A stretch of DNA of 27,298 bases from Atribacterota bacterium (GTDB taxonomy: Bacteria > Atribacterota > Phoenicimicrobiia > Phoenicimicrobiales > Phoenicimicrobiaceae). This document shows positions 1 through 8,531 of this stretch, piece by piece (positions within the stretch are counted from its first letter, which is position 1; every line of letters starts with the position of its first letter). A program made the translations under genes and the position numbers. The notes under the pieces are model-generated. The model saw only the letters and a list, made by a program, of their open reading frames with translations, was not told the origin of the DNA and did not search any database. The stretch is from contig JBBRDV010000015.1 of assembly GCA_038203565.1 (NCBI GenBank), positions 1 through 27,298 of the forward strand, in the 5' to 3' direction.

Positions 1-17
1 AATAAAGGAGGAGAAAA

Positions 18-1280
18 TTGGATCCAGAAAAGCTTATTATTTCCGGAGGAAATAGATTACAAGGTACAGTAAAAATTGATGGGGCAAAAAATTCAGCTTT
101 ATCTATTATGGCAGCAACCTTATTAACTAAAGATGTTTGTATTTTAAGGAATGTCCCTCGTCTTACCGATGTTGAAACTATGTCGGATGTTATAAGGAAA
201 TTAGGGGTAAAGGTGGAATGGAAAGAAGATAACAACCTCTATATCGATTCTAATAATTTTAATAATTATGAGGCACCTTATGAATTAGTAAAAATGATGA
301 GGGCTTCTATTTTGGTGATGGGACCGCTTCTGGCTCGCTTAAAAAGAGCAAAGATATCTTTACCTGGTGGTTGTGCTATTGGTGCTCGTCCGGTTGATTA
401 TCATTTAAAAGGATTTGAGGCTTTAGGCGCTCAAGTTGAAGTGGAAAAAGGTTATATTGAAGCGAAAGTTAATACATTAAAAGGGGTTGAAATATACTTA
501 GATTTCCCTAGTTTGGGAGCGACTGAAAATATAATGATGGCTGCCTGTTTGGCGGAAGGTGTAACAACCATTGAAAATGCAGCCAAAGATCCTGAAGTAG
601 TGGAATTAGGGTATTTCTTAAATAAGATGGGGGCTAAAGTTGAAGGATTAGGGGCTGATTTAATCAAAATAGAAGGAGTAAAAGAATTACATGGAATTGA
701 TTATACTATCATTCCTGACCGCATTGAAGCAGGTACCTATATGATAGCAGCTGCTATCACGGGTGGGGATGTTTTAATAGAAAATGCTGATCTATTATTA
801 TTAAAACCATTGATAGTGAAGTTAGAAGAGGCAGGAGTGCAAATTGAGCTAGAAAAGAATTTGATTAAAGTAATAGGGCCAGACAGAGTGAAAGCAGTGG
901 ATATCAAAACTTTACCTTTTCCTGGATTTCCCACCGATATGCAACCCCAATTTATGGCTTTATCCTGTGTAGCAAGAGGCACCAGTGTTATTACCGAGAC
1001 TGTGTTTGAGAAAAGATTCGCTCACATCGGTGATTTGATAAGGATGGGAGCAGATATTAAAGTAGAAGGGCACAGTGCTATTATTAAAGGAGTAAATAAG
1101 TTAAGTGCTGCCCCAGTAATGGCTTCAGATTTAAGAGGCGGAGCAGCTTTGGTATTAGCAGGTTTGATAGCAGAAGGAACCACTGAGCTAAGCAGAATAT
1201 ATCATTTAGATAGAGGATATGTGAAGTTAGAGGAAAAACTAAATTCCTTAGGAGCAGATATTAAGAGAGTGAAAGAGTAG
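18..1280 (+). CDS. murA: UDP-N-acetylglucosamine 1-carboxyvinyltransferase
   Basis: [18 protein letters not shown] (catalytic Cys loop), [16 protein letters not shown] and HLDRGY motifs; TTG start after AAGGAGGAG. Confidence 0.98.
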   Translation: MDPEKLIISGGNRLQGTVKIDGAKNSALSIMAATLLTKDVCILRNVPRLTDVETMSDVIRKLGVKVEWKEDNNLYIDSNNFNNYEAPYELVKMMRASILVMGPLLARLKRAKISLPGGCAIGARPVDYHLKGFEALGAQVEVEKGYIEAKVNTLKGVEIYLDFPSLGATENIMMAACLAEGVTTIENAAKDPEVVELGYFLNKMGAKVEGLGADLIKIEGVKELHGIDYTIIPDRIEAGTYMIAAAITGGDVLIENADLLLLKPLIVKLEEAGVQIELEKNLIKVIGPDRVKAVDIKTLPFPGFPTDMQPQFMALSCVARGTSVITETVFEKRFAHIGDLIRMGADIKVEGHSAIIKGVNKLSAAPVMASDLRGGAALVLAGLIAEGTTELSRIYHLDRGYVKLEEKLNSLGADIKRVKE

Positions 1281-1465
1281 TTTAGTATTTAGTATTTAGT
1301 ATATAGTATATAGTATATAGTAAAGAAGAAAGAAAAGAAAAGTTCAAATTGAAATTAGTTTACCAGTTAATGTAGCAACACGGCGTATCGTTTTGAATTA
1401 ACCTGAGATACAATTTTAGGTTTTGTTCTTTTTTACTAAATACTAAATACTATATACTATATACT
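1281..1465. repeat. Inverted heptamer-array element
   Basis: (TTTAGTA)3(TATAGTA)3 at 1281-1322 and complementary (TACTAAA)2(TACTATA)2TACT at 1434-1465. Confidence 0.95.
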
Positions 1466-1491
1466 TATTTATAGGGGAGGAGAAGATAAAC

Positions 1492-2508
1492 ATGCTAGGA
1501 ATGGATAGAAGTCTGGGCATAGATCTGGGTACCGTAAGTGTCTTAATCTATCAGAAGGGGAAAGGAATTGTCCTTCAGGAACCTTCAGTAGTTTCTATTT
1601 TTAGAGATAGCGGAAAAGTTTTAGCTGTGGGAGAAGAAGCCAAGCAAATGTTAGGTAAGACACCGGGGAACATAATTGCTATTCAGCCTATGAAGAGCGG
1701 AGTTATCGCCGATTATGAGATAACAGAGAAGATGCTAAGTTATTTTATCAGAAAAGTTTGTGGTAATAGTAAGCTGTTCCGTCCTCAGGTAGTAATTTGC
1801 GTACCGTCGGGAGGAACAGAAGTAGAAAAAAGAGCAGCAATAGAGGCAGCTATGCAGGCTGGAGCAAGGAAAGCATATTTAGTTGAAGAACCAATGGCGG
1901 CAGCTATTGGAGCCGGCCTAGATATTAGTGAACCTTATGGCAATATGATTGTTGACGTGGGGGGAGGAACCGCAGATATCGCCGTTATCTCATTAGGTGG
2001 GATTGTGGTGAGTGAATCATTGAGAGTAGCGGGTAATAATTTTGATGAAGATATTATTAAATATATTAAAGAAAAATACAGGTTAATGATTGGCGAAAAA
2101 ACTGCTGAAACTTTAAAGATTGAAATCGGTACTGCCATGGAATTAGAAGAAGAATTGTTTTCCGAAATAAGAGGGAGAGATTTAGTATCCGGGTTGCCCA
2201 AGAGTATTTCGGTCGGCTCTAATGAAGTGCTCAAATCCATTTCTGCTTCGTTGAAGACAATAATAGAGGGAGTTAAAACAGTTTTGGAGAAAGTTCCCCC
2301 TGAACTGGCAGCTGATATTGCTAATAAAGGAATTGTTATCACCGGTGGAGGAGCATTATTGAGAAATTTCGATGATTTATTAACTGAAGTGACCGGAATA
2401 CCGGTTTATTTAGCTGAAAATCCAATTTCATGTGTAGCTTTAGGTGCGGGGAAAGTTTTAGACAATATTCATGTACTTAGGAGTGGATTAGTAAGTTCGT
2501 ACAAGTAA
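1492..2508 (+). CDS. mreB: Rod shape-determining actin-like protein, MreB/Mbl family
   Basis: GIDLGT, EPSVV, EEPMAAAIGAG, DVGGGT, IGEKTAE and TGGGALL motifs; position after murA matches mbl. Confidence 0.95.
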   Translation: MLGMDRSLGIDLGTVSVLIYQKGKGIVLQEPSVVSIFRDSGKVLAVGEEAKQMLGKTPGNIIAIQPMKSGVIADYEITEKMLSYFIRKVCGNSKLFRPQVVICVPSGGTEVEKRAAIEAAMQAGARKAYLVEEPMAAAIGAGLDISEPYGNMIVDVGGGTADIAVISLGGIVVSESLRVAGNNFDEDIIKYIKEKYRLMIGEKTAETLKIEIGTAMELEEELFSEIRGRDLVSGLPKSISVGSNEVLKSISASLKTIIEGVKTVLEKVPPELAADIANKGIVITGGGALLRNFDDLLTEVTGIPVYLAENPISCVALGAGKVLDNIHVLRSGLVSSYK

Positions 2509-2577
2509 ATTGACCAATTAACCAATAAACCAATAAAATAATTGGCCGATTCACCAATTTACCGATTGACCAATTAA

Positions 2578-2630
2578 GTAGGGGTCGAATTTATTCGACC
2601 CGAAACGGGTTCGATGAATCGAACCCCTAC
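2578..2630. repeat. REPIN-like inverted pair of GTAG REPs
   Basis: GTAGGGGTCGAATTTATTCGACCCG-AAA-CGGGTTCGATGAATCGAACCCCTAC; each half is a GTAG foot plus an internal palindrome. Confidence 0.88.
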
Positions 2631-2636
2631 ACTTAG

Positions 2637-2662
2637 ATAGACATGCGAGATGTCTGTCCTAC
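2637..2662 (-). repeat. GTAG REP, second family
   Basis: Reverse complement GTAGGACAGACATCTCGCATGTCTAT matches 24155-24180 at 23/26 positions. Confidence 0.8.
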
Positions 2663-2817
2663 GGTTTTATTAGATTATTGTGGATGTATAGTAATACACC
2701 AATGCGTCTTTTTCAAACTTGCAACTTGTAACCCGAAACCTATTAACTGGTAAACTGGCTAACCGGCTAACCATCCTCGCGAGATACGAGATACAATTTT
2801 TGATAAAGAAGGAAAAG

Positions 2818-4656
2818 ATGAAGATAAAATTAAATAAAAATATTTGTAGAAAAATTATATTTATTTTATTAATTTTATTTAGTACGGGCATAAATTTAGT
2901 CTTTAGCAAGAATGCTTTTATGCCAGTTTCAGAGATAAGTCCGGGGATGAAAGGGATAGGAAAAACTGTTTTTCACGGAACGCAGATAGAGACCTTTCAG
3001 GTGGATATCATTGATATAGTTAAAGGCGAAGGCGGAGTTAGTCATTTTATATTAGCTAGTTTAGGCGGAGATAAGATTAAAGAGAGTGGCGGGATCTCAG
3101 AAGGGATGAGTGGCAGCCCGGTCTATATAGATGACAGATTGATTGGAGCTGTATCTTATACCTGGGAAATGAGTGAACATAATCTCTGCCTTGTAACCCC
3201 CATTCAAGAGATGTTAGAAATATTAAATCTCCCCTATAATAACAGTCACACTATATCGCAAGAATATAAGATCAATAATTCTTTATGGTTTACAGGGGAA
3301 AAAGCAAACGAGATAAAAGTAAAAAATTCTATGAAAAATAATAATTTTCCAGAATTAGCAGGCCGAGAGGATTTTATCTTTTACCCCGTAGTTTCACCGA
3401 TTATTATAAACGGCATTAAGGGTAGAACTTTAGAGAGATTAAGCAGTTCTCTAAAAAAATATAATCTTATGCCTGTTCAAGGAATCGGGTTTAATGAAAA
3501 TAATGATATAAGCTTTCAAGATGTGGGAGAAAGACCTTCTAATGAAATAGAAGCTGGTTCTGCCATAGGAATACAATTAACTCGGGGAGATGTCAATATT
3601 ACTTCTATCGGAACAGTAACTTATCGAGAAGGAGATAAGATTTTGGCTTTAGGGCATCCTTTTTTAAAAAAGGGTGAAGTTTCATTTTTTCTTTCCGCAG
3701 TATATATCTATCATAGTTTGCCTAATATAGTTATGCCCTTTAAATTAGGTGCTCCTTTAAATTTGGTAGGGAAGATTGTCCAGGATAGAGAAGCAGGTAT
3801 ATTAGCCATAATGAATTCTTATCCCCGGGTGATTCCGCTTAAAATACAGGTAACAGATGTTAGTTCAGGATTATCTTACCAGATGGGAGTCCAGATGATA
3901 AATGATTATGATCTGTTAGAGCCCCTGGTTTCAAACATAGTTGTGCAGGCTATAGATAATGCTTTGGGTAGGATTGGAGCGGGAACTGCTCAAATAGATA
4001 TAGAGATAAAAGGGAAGAAAGAAGGACAAAAACTTTTCCGGAAGAATATGTATTACAGTTCAGATGACATAGCTACACAGGCGATTACCGAAATACCAGA
4101 AATTATAAATTTAATCGCAAATAATTATTTTGAAATAGTCGATTTGGTAGCGATAAATATCGATATTAAAATAGATAATAAAAAGAAAATTGGCAGGATA
4201 GAGGAAGTTGTATTAGAAGATTCTTCAATTAAGCCGGGAGATCATCTTAAAGCAAAAATTAAAATTAGACCTTTTCGGGGAGAGTTAATCGAAAAGATGC
4301 TAACTATTCAGATTCCTTCCGATACACCTCCAGGCGAAGCTTTATTAATAGTAAACGGAGGAGGAGAGTTAGATAATCAACAAGAAGAGTCTATTAATAG
4401 CAGTAAACAGAATTATAAAAACTTAGAAGAGACTTTTAAGGATATTTCTGACCGACCAAGAGGCAATCAAATTATTGGAGAAGTAATTATATATTCTGAT
4501 GGATTACCTTACGAAGAAAATGTTAGTGATAGCGCCCTGAGGAAAAAAGAAGAAGAGGATTTAATAATTTCTAAGATCGAAACAGATAGGGTTATTGAAG
4601 GATACCTGGAGATACCTTTTACAATATTAGAAAATAAATTAGTCGTTAGTGAATAG
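2818..4656 (+). CDS. SpoIVB-like peptidase S55 domain protein, probably exported
   Basis: GMKGIGKTVFHG, GISEGMSGSPV and ALGHPF motifs; hydrophobic N-terminus. ATG 2818 after AAGAAGGAAAAG is preferred, because the 2719 extension reads through repeat DNA. Confidence 0.85.
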   Translation: MKIKLNKNICRKIIFILLILFSTGINLVFSKNAFMPVSEISPGMKGIGKTVFHGTQIETFQVDIIDIVKGEGGVSHFILASLGGDKIKESGGISEGMSGSPVYIDDRLIGAVSYTWEMSEHNLCLVTPIQEMLEILNLPYNNSHTISQEYKINNSLWFTGEKANEIKVKNSMKNNNFPELAGREDFIFYPVVSPIIINGIKGRTLERLSSSLKKYNLMPVQGIGFNENNDISFQDVGERPSNEIEAGSAIGIQLTRGDVNITSIGTVTYREGDKILALGHPFLKKGEVSFFLSAVYIYHSLPNIVMPFKLGAPLNLVGKIVQDREAGILAIMNSYPRVIPLKIQVTDVSSGLSYQMGVQMINDYDLLEPLVSNIVVQAIDNALGRIGAGTAQIDIEIKGKKEGQKLFRKNMYYSSDDIATQAITEIPEIINLIANNYFEIVDLVAINIDIKIDNKKKIGRIEEVVLEDSSIKPGDHLKAKIKIRPFRGELIEKMLTIQIPSDTPPGEALLIVNGGGELDNQQEESINSSKQNYKNLEETFKDISDRPRGNQIIGEVIIYSDGLPYEENVSDSALRKKEEEDLIISKIETDRVIEGYLEIPFTILENKLVVSE

Positions 4657-4872
4657 TGAATAGTCGTTAGCAATAAACGCAAAATGCAAAACTAGTTTTT
4701 GGTTTATGGTTTTTAGTTTTTAGATAAGGAAATTAGTTTTCAGTTAATAGTTGCAAGATGTAAGGTACACAGTTTATTCAAATTTACAGTCGCTTAATCA
4801 ATTCAGTTAACTTGTTTTGATTTTATTTCCTTAACTAAATAACTAGGTAACTAGCTAACCAAATCAATTAAT
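4639..4872. repeat. Composite array element
   Basis: TTAGTCG/ATAGTGA 7-mers, AAAACGC-type 7-mers, GTTTTTR 7-mers, stem TAAGGAAAT (4725-4733)/ATTTCCTTA (4825-4833), then AACTAGST-type 8-mers. Confidence 0.85.
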
Positions 4873-4875
4873 TGG

Positions 4876-5592
4876 ATGGTAAAGATGAAAATAGTAGCTT
4901 TAATTGCGGCTGCCGGCAAGGGTAAAAGGATGAATACCAGAATAAGTAAGCCCTTCATTCCTATTTCTGGTAAATACATTCTAGCCTATACTATTGAAAA
5001 ATTTGAAAAATGCAAATTAATTGACAAAATATATCTCATAATTAGCCCTGAGGAAAGGGAGATATGTCATAAAAATATAATATTAAAATACAGCTTTTCT
5101 AAAGTTCAAGAATTAGTTGATGGAGGAGAAACCAGGCAGGATTCAGTATATAATGGTATTAAGGCATTGGATAAGGATACAGATATAGTGGTGATTCACG
5201 ATGGTGCCCGCCCTTTAGTTGAAGAAACTATTATTCGGGATTCAATTGAAAAAGCACAGAGATATGGAGCAGCAATTGCAGCTATTCCCGTTAAAGATAC
5301 CATAAAAAAGATCGATAATAATTTTTTTATAAAAAAAACCCTTAATCGAGAAAAGATTTGGAGAGCACAAACCCCTCAAACTTTTAAATATAATATAATT
5401 TTAGCTGCTTATCGTCAGGCTTACGAAGAGAAATATTTAACCACAGACGATGCAGCGATTGTAGAAAGGTATGGACATAAAGTAAAATTAATAATAGGTT
5501 CAGAGGAAAATATTAAAATAACCACTCCTTTTGATATCATTATAGCAGAGAATTTCTTAAAGAAAGGCTTTAGATTTAAGTTTAAATTATGA
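4876..5592 (+). CDS. ispD: 2-C-methyl-D-erythritol 4-phosphate cytidylyltransferase
   Basis: AAAGKGKRM, GGETRQDSV, IHDGARP, AQTPQ, TDDA and NIKITT motifs; the start may be ATG 4885. Confidence 0.96.
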   Translation: MVKMKIVALIAAAGKGKRMNTRISKPFIPISGKYILAYTIEKFEKCKLIDKIYLIISPEEREICHKNIILKYSFSKVQELVDGGETRQDSVYNGIKALDKDTDIVVIHDGARPLVEETIIRDSIEKAQRYGAAIAAIPVKDTIKKIDNNFFIKKTLNREKIWRAQTPQTFKYNIILAAYRQAYEEKYLTTDDAAIVERYGHKVKLIIGSEENIKITTPFDIIIAENFLKKGFRFKFKL

Positions 5593-6446
5593 AAGAAATT
5601 GAAATAGATAGCTATTCCAAGATAAATTTGACTCTAAATATACTGGGAAAACGCCGGGATGGATATCATAATATCGAAACTATAATGCAATCTATTAATC
5701 TTGCTGACAGGATATTTATTAAGGAAGAGGAAGAAGGGATAAAGATAAAATGCAGTCATCCTTTGGTACCCACCGATACCCAAAGTTTAACTTATAGATC
5801 AGCAGAGAAGATTCTCAATAGATGTAGAATAAAAAGGGGAGTTCAGATAGAAATTGATAAAAAAATTCCTTTAGCCAGTGGGATGGCGGGTGGTTCTGCT
5901 AATTCTGCCTCTATTTTAGTAGGAATAAATAAACTTTTTGCTTTAAATTTAAGTGATAAAGATTTAAGAGAGATAGGAGAAGAATTAGGAATGGATGTTC
6001 CTTTTTTTATCCAGAATGGTACTGCCCTTGCTTATCATAGGGGAGAAAAAATAACTCCTCTACCCCCGATTAACCCACCACTGTGGATTATAGTAATAAA
6101 TCCTGGGTTTGAAATACCTACTAAGTGGGCTTACAATAATCTTGATTTGGATCTGATTAAGAGGGAGAAGAATAATACTACAGCCATGCTTAAAGCTTTA
6201 AAAGAGGGAGGGCTTGAGGGCATTACTAAAAATCTATTTAATTCCTTCGAAGAGTTAATTATTAAAAAATATCGGGAAATTGGAAAAATCAAAGATAGAT
6301 TAATAGAAGAGGGTACTTTGGGTACCCTTATGTCCGGCAGTGGTCCTACAGTTTTTGGAATAGCCCAAAACAAAGAACAGGCTATAAAGATTTACGAAAA
6401 ATTAAAATTAGAATACAAATCAATCTGGGCAGTGCAGACAATCTAA
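5589..6446 (+). CDS. ispE: 4-diphosphocytidyl-2-C-methyl-D-erythritol kinase
   Basis: KINLTL, DGYHNIETIMQ, KKIPLASGMAGGS and MSGSGPTVF motifs; ATGA overlap with ispD. Confidence 0.96.
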   Translation: MKEIEIDSYSKINLTLNILGKRRDGYHNIETIMQSINLADRIFIKEEEEGIKIKCSHPLVPTDTQSLTYRSAEKILNRCRIKRGVQIEIDKKIPLASGMAGGSANSASILVGINKLFALNLSDKDLREIGEELGMDVPFFIQNGTALAYHRGEKITPLPPINPPLWIIVINPGFEIPTKWAYNNLDLDLIKREKNNTTAMLKALKEGGLEGITKNLFNSFEELIIKKYREIGKIKDRLIEEGTLGTLMSGSGPTVFGIAQNKEQAIKIYEKLKLEYKSIWAVQTI

Positions 6447-6512
6447 AACAGTATATAGTATATACTATATACTGTTTTCTCGCGATACTCGATACACGAT
6501 ACTATATACTAA
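6445..6512. repeat. Perfect 34-bp heptamer palindrome followed by a CGATACN array
   Basis: AAAACAGTATATAGTAT|ATACTATATACTGTTTT at 6445-6478, then CGCGATACTCGATACACGATACTATATACTAA at 6481-6512. Confidence 0.93.
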
Positions 6513-6530
6513 TAAAAAGAGGGGAAAGTA

Positions 6531-7001
6531 ATGCGAATAGGTTTTGGATATGATGTCCATCCTTTAATTTTGGGGAGAAAATTAATTTTAGGAGGAGAGG
6601 TTATTCCGTACCAAAAGGGTTTGAATGGACATTCAGATGCCGATGTTTTAATTCATTCCCTAATAGATGCTTTATTAGGGGCAGCAGGAGAAGGAGATAT
6701 CGGCCAGCATTTCCCGGATAATGATGAACAATATAAAGATATTTCCAGCCTAAAGTTATTGGAAAATATTTATGAAATATTAAAAAGAAAGAAACTTACC
6801 ATAAATAATATAGATGCTTCCGTAGTATTAGAAGAACCACGAATTGCGCCTTTTATTATGAGCATGAAAAATAATATAGCTCAAGTTTTGAAAATATCCT
6901 CTGAAAAGGTGAATATTAAAGCTACAACTAATGAGAAGATGGGTTTTATTGGCAGAAGAGAGGGTGCAGCTTCTTATTGTGTGGTTAGTTTGAATGAGTA
7001 A
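6531..7001 (+). CDS. ispF: 2-C-methyl-D-erythritol 2,4-cyclodiphosphate synthase
   Basis: MRIGFGYDVH, GHSDADVLIH, GDIGQHFP and VNIKATTNEKMGFIGR motifs. Confidence 0.97.
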   Translation: MRIGFGYDVHPLILGRKLILGGEVIPYQKGLNGHSDADVLIHSLIDALLGAAGEGDIGQHFPDNDEQYKDISSLKLLENIYEILKRKKLTINNIDASVVLEEPRIAPFIMSMKNNIAQVLKISSEKVNIKATTNEKMGFIGRREGAASYCVVSLNE

Positions 7002-7034
7002 ATATTTTTTATAAGGGGGAAAAGAATAGTAATT

Positions 7035-7433
7035 ATGAAAAAGGAAGAAGAAGTAAGAGATAAGAAAACAGAAAAAGACGAAGAGATAAAAGAGAAAAAG
7101 ACGCAGAAAGAGGAAAAAGAAGGAATAAAAGAGAAAGCTAAAAAAGAAGAAAAAAAACAAGAAGAAGGTTTTAAAGAACCCGATTTACCTGTTCTTTTTG
7201 TTTGGTTTATAAGTATGTTGAGCGGAAAAGCCTGGGAGTATTTGGGTCTCATCATGAATCCCGAGACTAAGGAAATGAATAAAGATTTAAAAAAAGCTAA
7301 AATTACCATAGATACTGTAGCATTTTTATACGATCAGATTAAAGATTATTTAAATCCGGAAGATTTTAAGCGGATCGAAAATTTACTGGCAAATTTAAGA
7401 ATGAATTATGTGGAGAAGTTGAAAGAATCATAA
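7035..7433 (+). CDS. DUF1844-like protein with a charged low-complexity N-terminus
   Basis: K/E-rich N-terminus; C-terminal AWEYLGLIMNP...AKITIDT...LANLRMNYV resembles DUF1844; SD AAGGGGGA. Confidence 0.7.
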   Translation: MKKEEEVRDKKTEKDEEIKEKKTQKEEKEGIKEKAKKEEKKQEEGFKEPDLPVLFVWFISMLSGKAWEYLGLIMNPETKEMNKDLKKAKITIDTVAFLYDQIKDYLNPEDFKRIENLLANLRMNYVEKLKES

Positions 7434-7548
7434 GATGCTTCTGATTGCTTAGTTTTACAATTAAATAAAACCAATTAGTAAGATAGGCATTCTGTTTGTC
7501 TATACTAAGGAATATTAACAAGAAAAAAGCGGGGAAGGTGCAAGAATA

Positions 7549-8475
7549 ATGGAAAAATATTTTCACAAAATCGGTCTTAGTTTAATAAACCTACCTTTAA
7601 TTTTAATTTTAAGCAGTGCAATAAGTTATGCCCAAGATTATCAGACCCATTATAAAAATGGGTATGAATATTTCCTTCAGGAAAAATATGAGATGGCCGA
7701 ACAATATTATAAAAAAGCTATAGAACTGAACCCTGATTTCGAGGATGCCCATTACTGGTTGGGGAAAGTATATAAACAGACCGGTGCTTATAGTCAGGCT
7801 ATGGAACAATGGAAAGAAGTTTTAAGAATTAACTCTGGAAATCAATATGCCTTTCAGAATTTAACAGGTAGTTTTAAGAGCATCTCCCGGGTTCAATCAG
7901 TTAAGGCAAGTGATTATTTGGATGAGGGAATTAAAATAATTGGAAATCCGGAAGAATATCTTTTTAAAGCAAATGCCCCTTCCGTAGATAGTTTATTGAG
8001 TGCCATTCCTTATTTTAAAAGAGCAACCAGTATGGAACCGAATTTATTGGAAGCTTTTTACTGGATGGGTGAAACTTATCAAGCTTTAGGAGAAAAGAGT
8101 ACCCGACAGTTTAATCCTTTAGCTAGGGAAAGTTATATAAAAGTTATCGGTATAGAGGAAGCTGCTAATCTAATATCCTTTGATCATCCTTCCGCATATT
8201 GGCGCTCTTACGTGCAATTAGCCAAAATATATCGTTCTTTGGGGTTGAAAGATAGAGAAGAAAAATTGTGGCTTCAGTTGGAGAAAGCAAAATCCCTCCC
8301 TTATACACAGGTTTTAGAAGGAAAAGGGTATTTTGGTTTTGGCTATCCTTCTCGAATAGAAGTTAACTTTAAAGATGGAGATAAAATAGAGAACTGGAGT
8401 TATCCGGAGAAGGAAATCATTTTTACAGTAATCAATGGAGAAGTAAAGGGCGAAAAAGAGAAAGAACCCGAATAG
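7549..8475 (+). CDS. Exported TPR-repeat protein
   Basis: Signal peptide-like N-terminus ending in SYA-Q; TPR patterns YKKAIELNP, AHYWLGKVY and AFYWMGETY. Confidence 0.85.
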   Translation: MEKYFHKIGLSLINLPLILILSSAISYAQDYQTHYKNGYEYFLQEKYEMAEQYYKKAIELNPDFEDAHYWLGKVYKQTGAYSQAMEQWKEVLRINSGNQYAFQNLTGSFKSISRVQSVKASDYLDEGIKIIGNPEEYLFKANAPSVDSLLSAIPYFKRATSMEPNLLEAFYWMGETYQALGEKSTRQFNPLARESYIKVIGIEEAANLISFDHPSAYWRSYVQLAKIYRSLGLKDREEKLWLQLEKAKSLPYTQVLEGKGYFGFGYPSRIEVNFKDGDKIENWSYPEKEIIFTVINGEVKGEKEKEPE

Positions 8476-8531
8476 AGTGAAATAGAAACAAAAGCTGAAG
8501 AAAGTATACCGGAGGAGAAAGGTGACTAGCT

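Larger units (their letters stand above)
2508..2794. repeat. Composite array element with REP palindromes
   Basis: 8-mer RATTNACC-like array 2508-2577, REPs 2578-2662, AACTTGC-type 7-mers from about 2716, AACTGGYW-type 8-mers 2745-2772, CGAGATA 7-mers 2780-2794. Confidence 0.9.

Noticed and set aside
2508..2794. CRISPR array interpretation of repeats and palindromes (also 8622-8731)
   Set aside because: No constant repeat with regularly sized unique spacers, and no cas genes.
2719..2817. N-terminal extension of the peptidase ORF and antisense ORF 2670-2909
   Set aside because: They translate repeat arrays; a better SD and ATG lie at 2818.
7035..7170. Purine-rich repetitive stretch
   Set aside because: Simply encodes a K/E low-complexity protein segment.
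7434..7493. Imperfect inverted repeat after the DUF1844-like gene
   Set aside because: Weak AT-rich pairing with several mismatches; cannot be called a terminator or an array element.
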